Source of the DNA: Schizochytrium sp. TIO01
Lineage: Eukaryota; Protista; Bigyra: Labyrinthulomycetes
Assembly (NCBI GenBank): GCA_004764695.1
Contig: SMSO01000013.1
Coordinates: 115,795 to 142,955, forward strand
Direction: 5' to 3'
Length of the DNA stretch: 27,161 bases
Made by a program: the position numbers and the translations under genes. Shown here in pieces: positions 23,201-27,161 of the stretch (its first letter is position 1; every line of letters begins with the position of its first letter). A model generated the notes under the pieces. The model searched no databases. It was not told the origin of the DNA and saw only the letters and a program-made list of their open reading frames with translations.

Positions 23201-26200
23201 ATGGGGAAAGATATTAATCATGGAGTGATACCGTTGGAAAGCTGTTAAGGTCTACAACAGGGTAGATGCGTTTTCTCAGAAAACAATACTTTTAACATAT
23301 AGTTTTATTGACCTTTGAAAGTTTATTTTTGGTCTCTCATATTATTAATATGGGGAAGGAACCGAGTTAGTAGTGTTTTAACTCTATGAGTAGAGTAAGC
23401 AAAACTTTCCAAGAAAAACCACTGGATAAGGCATGGATTGTTGAGGTGGCCTCATTTGATTCATGAGAGAAAATCTTTTTTCAAGTTTGAGAAAAGAAGC
23501 TCTAAGTTATTACTCTATTTATTAGCATGATAAAGGGTAAATTGAATAGTATAAGATTCAGTATCTCAACTATGAGATAATATATTAATCATAGAGTGGT
23601 ACCATTGGAAAGCGGCTTGAATTTACAGCAGGGTAGATGTGTTTTCTCCGAAACAATACTTTAAACATATAGTTTTACTGACCTTTGAAAGTTTATTTTT
23701 GGTCTCTCATATTATTAATAGGGGAAAGGAACTGGGTTTGGTAGTGTTCTAACTTTATCAATAGAATTGACAGAGCTTTACTACAAGCACCATTCGATAG
23801 CTCATGAATTGTTAAGATGCGTGTATTTGATTTACGAGAAAAACTCTTCTTGCAAGCTTAAGAAAACAAGCTCCAAGTTGTCACTCTATTTGTGAGCAGG
23901 ATAAAGAATTAAATGACCAGTATAAACTACATTTTCTTATCAACAGGGAAAGATATTAATCATGGAGGGGTACCGTTGGAACCCTGGTGCAATTTGCAAC
24001 AAGATAGATGTGGTGCTTTAGAAAAAAAAAATTAATATTATATGTTTTTTTACTTTTAAAGTCATTTCTTAGTTTCTCATATTATTAATAAGGAGAAAGA
24101 GCTGAGTTTAGTAGTGTTCTAACTCTATGAAAAGAAAAACCAGAAATTTTCTAGAAGAACCACTCGATAGCCCATTACTTGTTGAGATGACCACATTTGA
24201 TTCATGAGAGAAAAGCTTCTCGCAAGCTTGAGAAATGAAGCTGGAGGTTATCACTCTATTTGTTAGCAGGACAGAGAATAAATTGTTTAGTATAAGACTC
24301 ATTTTCTCAACAACGGGGAAAGATATTAATCATGGAATGGTACCGTTGGAAAGCTGTTTTAACTTACATTAGGGAAAATGCCTTGATTTAGAAAATAAAA
24401 TAACGATTATGTTTTTACTAACCTTTAAAAGATATTTTTTGGTCTCTTATACTATTATTATGAAAAAAGAACTGAGTTTAGAAGTGTTGTAATGTTGTCT
24501 AGACGAATTGTTGGTCCCGAGTCGGGATAACAAGGAGTCTCCTGCCTTTCTAATCATACCTTTTACAGAGGTAGGGTTAGGGTAAAGGTTAAGCATTGGA
24601 CAACAAAGAATCTCTTAACTTTCTTATTATACCTTTTGCAGTAGTAGGGTTAGGGTAATGCTCGCGAATTATATACATGAACACGAGTATTAACCCATAA
24701 TACCACTGTAAAAGTATCAAAGAACGTAGGAGAATCTTTATCAAGAAAACAAATACTCACTAAGGGACACATGGACTAAACACTAGTAGTTGCGGTTTTC
24801 CGCTCGGTGGCCGCCACTAATTATTGTTGGGAGCTATTATCTATATAAGGTACAGCGAAGCAGCAATATTCGGCTTAGTGCTAAGACCACCTTTTGGTTA
24901 AAATAATTAAAAGGTTTCTTACGTCTTGAGTTCGATTCCCATCTCTTCTGTTTTTCTTTCCCTTTTCCCTTTACTGTGGGAAACGCTTACCCGTGTTCCC
25001 ACCTAATATAAGACCTGCATATAAGAACCGAGCAACAGTCCTCGCGACACTGAGTAGAAATAACTTCTTCACTGCCGGCAGTATGTCAGCAGACCTCAAA
25101 CTATACAACCTCAACCTAAAAAGTAAACAACCTTTCGAGTCTCTGTCACTCTACAGCATTCAACAAAATGTAACTCTATGAAAAGAATGAACAAAACTTT
25201 TCTCCAAGCATCACCCTGTAGTGCAATAAGTGTTGATACGTCCGCAGTTGAGTTATGAGAAACCTTCTTCTTGCAAGCTTCAGAAACAAACTCCAAGTTG
25301 TTACTCTATTTGTTAATAGAACAAGGAATAAAATGATTAGTATAAGACTCATTTCCTCAACAACAAGGATATACATTAATCATGGAGTAGTACCGTTGGA
25401 AAGCTGTTTCAATTTACATTAGGGTAAATGTCTTGATTTAGAAAAATAAAATTATGGTTATGTTTTTACTGACCTTTGAAATTTATTTTTTGGTCTTTCA
25501 TATTAATAATAGGGGGAAGTAACCGAGTTTAGTAGTGTTCTAACTTTATCAATGTAATAGCCAGAGCATTACTACAAGCACAATTCGATAATTCATGAAC
25601 TGTTAAGGTGCATGCATTTGATTTATGATAAAAAATATTCTTGCAAGATTGAGAAAAAAACATCAAACTGTCACTCTATTTGTTAGCAGGATATATAACA
25701 ACATGTTTAGTACAAGATCAATTTTCTCAACAACAGGGTCATATATTAATCATCGAATGGTACCCTTGGAAAGAAGCGCCAATTTACAACAGGTAAGATG
25801 CGTTTGCTAAGAGAAATAAAAATCTTATTTATGTTTTTACTGACTTTCAAAAGTTATTTCTTAGTTTTTCATATTAATATTAAGGAGAAGGAACCGAGTT
25901 TAGTAGTGTTTTAACGCAATCAAAAACGTAGGTAGAACTTTTCCACAAGAACCACTCGGTCGCTCGTTCATGGCTAAGATGGACACATTTGATTGATGAG
26001 AGGAAATCTTCTTGCCAGCTACAGGGAACAGGTCTTAGTTATCACTCTAATGGTTAGCAGGCCATAGAATTAAATGGTTAGCATAAGATTCATTTCCTCA
26101 ACAAATGAGTCACCTATTAATCATCGAATAGTACTATCGGAAAGCTGCTGAAATGTACGACAGGAAACCTATCTTGATTAAGAAAACTTAGAATTCTATT

Positions 26201-26400
26201 CAAGTTTTTATTGACTTTGAAAGTTATTTCTTAGTTTCTCATATTTCTAAGAACGAGAACAGGAAAACTTTGAAGTGTCATAACTCTATCAATGAAAAAG
26301 GTAGAACTTTTCTACAAGCACCACTAGAACGCTTCACAACTCATCAACGATCAACACTGAATTGTGGTGAAAAAATAGTTCTACAAATTAGACAAAGGAC
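20250..26400. repeat. Subtelomeric satellite family C, ~15 units of ~361-372 bp, interrupted once by an insertion and decaying toward the telomere
   Basis: Anchor GTGGTACCGTTGGAAAGCTG or a variant at ~20291, 20652, 21024, 21392, 21763, 22125, 22486, 22856, 23225, 23596, 23967, 24337, 25387, 25757 and 26128. Confidence 0.95.
24493..25168 (+). mobile_element. Solo-LTR-like insertion (TGTTG...CAACA) with 5-bp target-site duplication TGTAA
   Basis: It interrupts the family C consensus AGTGTTGTAA|CTCTATG. It starts TGTTG at 24493 and has CAACA at 25161-25165 followed by AAA. TGTAA occurs at 24488-24492 and 25169-25173. Anchor spacing of 1050 equals one 369-bp unit plus 681. Internal TATATAA at 24842. 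Confidence 0.75.
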
Positions 26401-26578
26401 TTCCATCATATTATATACTATTCTTATTGAAGTCTCCCATATCCACGAATGTCAGCAGGCGCATAAAATCTTTTTAATTTTTTAAAAGAAAATATTTTAA
26501 ATTCTTCATTGAACTTTTTATTGTAAAATCATTAATAAATATTATGTATAATAATAGGTAAGGTTAGATGAATGATAG

Positions 26579-27161
26579 TAGGTTAGGTAAGGTAAGGTAA
26601 GGTAAGGTAAGGTAAGGTTAGGTAAGGTAAGGTAAGGTTAGGTAAGGTTAGGTAAGGTTAGGTAAGGTTAGGTAAGGTAAGGTAAGGTTAGGTAAGGTTA
26701 GGTAAGGTTAGGTAAGGTAAGGTAAGGTAAGGTAAGGTAAGGTAAGGTTAGGTAAGGTTAGGTAAGGTTAGGTAAGGTTAGGTAAGGTTAGGTAAGGTTA
26801 GGTAAGGTTAGGTAAGGTTAGGTAAGGTTAGGTAGTTAGGTTAGGTTAGGTAAGGTAAGGTTAGGTAAGGTTAGGTAGTAGGTTAGGTTAGGTTAGGTTA
26901 GGTTAGGTTAGGTAGGTTAGGTTAGGTTAGGTTAGGTAGTTAGGTTAGGTTAGGTTAGGTTAGGTTTAGGTTAGGTTAGGTTAGGTTAGGTTAGGTTAGG
27001 TTAGGTTAGGTTAGGTTAGGTTAGGTTAGGTTAGGTTAGGTTAGGTTAGGTTAGGTTAGGTTAGGTTAGGTTAGGTTAGGTTAGGTTAGGTTAGGTTAGG
27101 TTAGGTTAGGTTAGGTTAGGTTAGGTTAGGTAGGTTAGGTTATTAGGTTAGGTTAGGTTAG
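26579..27161 (+). repeat. Telomere: (TTAGG)n with proximal TAAGG/TTAGG variant repeats
   Basis: The G-rich strand runs to the end of the window. TAAGG and TTAGG are mixed at ~26579-26880, with nearly pure TTAGG distally. Confidence 0.98.

Noticed and set aside
25101-25125. CAACCTCAACCTAA as a possible telomerase RNA template
   Set aside because: Imperfect and short, located inside a mobile-element-like insertion, with no supporting TER structure identifiable.
24108-26485. ORFs within satellite C
   Set aside because: Not conserved in frame between units; these are chance ORFs in AT-rich repeats.

Overview
Eukaryotic chromosome end from a thraustochytrid (Labyrinthulomycetes). The 18S sequence and overall layout fit Aurantiochytrium/Schizochytrium; this is recognised from memory, not database-checked. 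From centromere to telomere: (1) a 5S rRNA gene on the minus strand (~1515-1633). (2) A divergently oriented, intact 11-exon gene (2097-6319, + strand, 382 aa) that the ORF track largely misses. Nine of its exons are 84 nt, phase 2-2, and each encodes one 28-aa ribonuclease-inhibitor-type leucine-rich repeat. They sit in near-identical ~385-393 bp exon+intron tandem units, with amino-acid variation concentrated at the exposed xLxxNxIxx positions. (3) An unexplained ~3.7 kb spacer/5'ETS. (4) One complete 18S-5.8S-28S operon transcribed toward the telomere (10068-15593). (5) ~10 kb of three related AT-rich satellite families (~412, ~532 and ~370 bp units), matching the LORE-TEARS spacers described for Aurantiochytrium. 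(6) A ~675 bp TGTTG...CAACA solo-LTR-like insertion with a 5-bp target duplication and an internal tRNA-like Pol III cassette, inside the last satellite. (7) A TTAGG telomere with a proximal TAAGG/TTAGG variant zone. The strongest novelty candidate is the one-exon-one-LRR modular, diversifying gene inside the subtelomeric rDNA block, a candidate variable recognition receptor.
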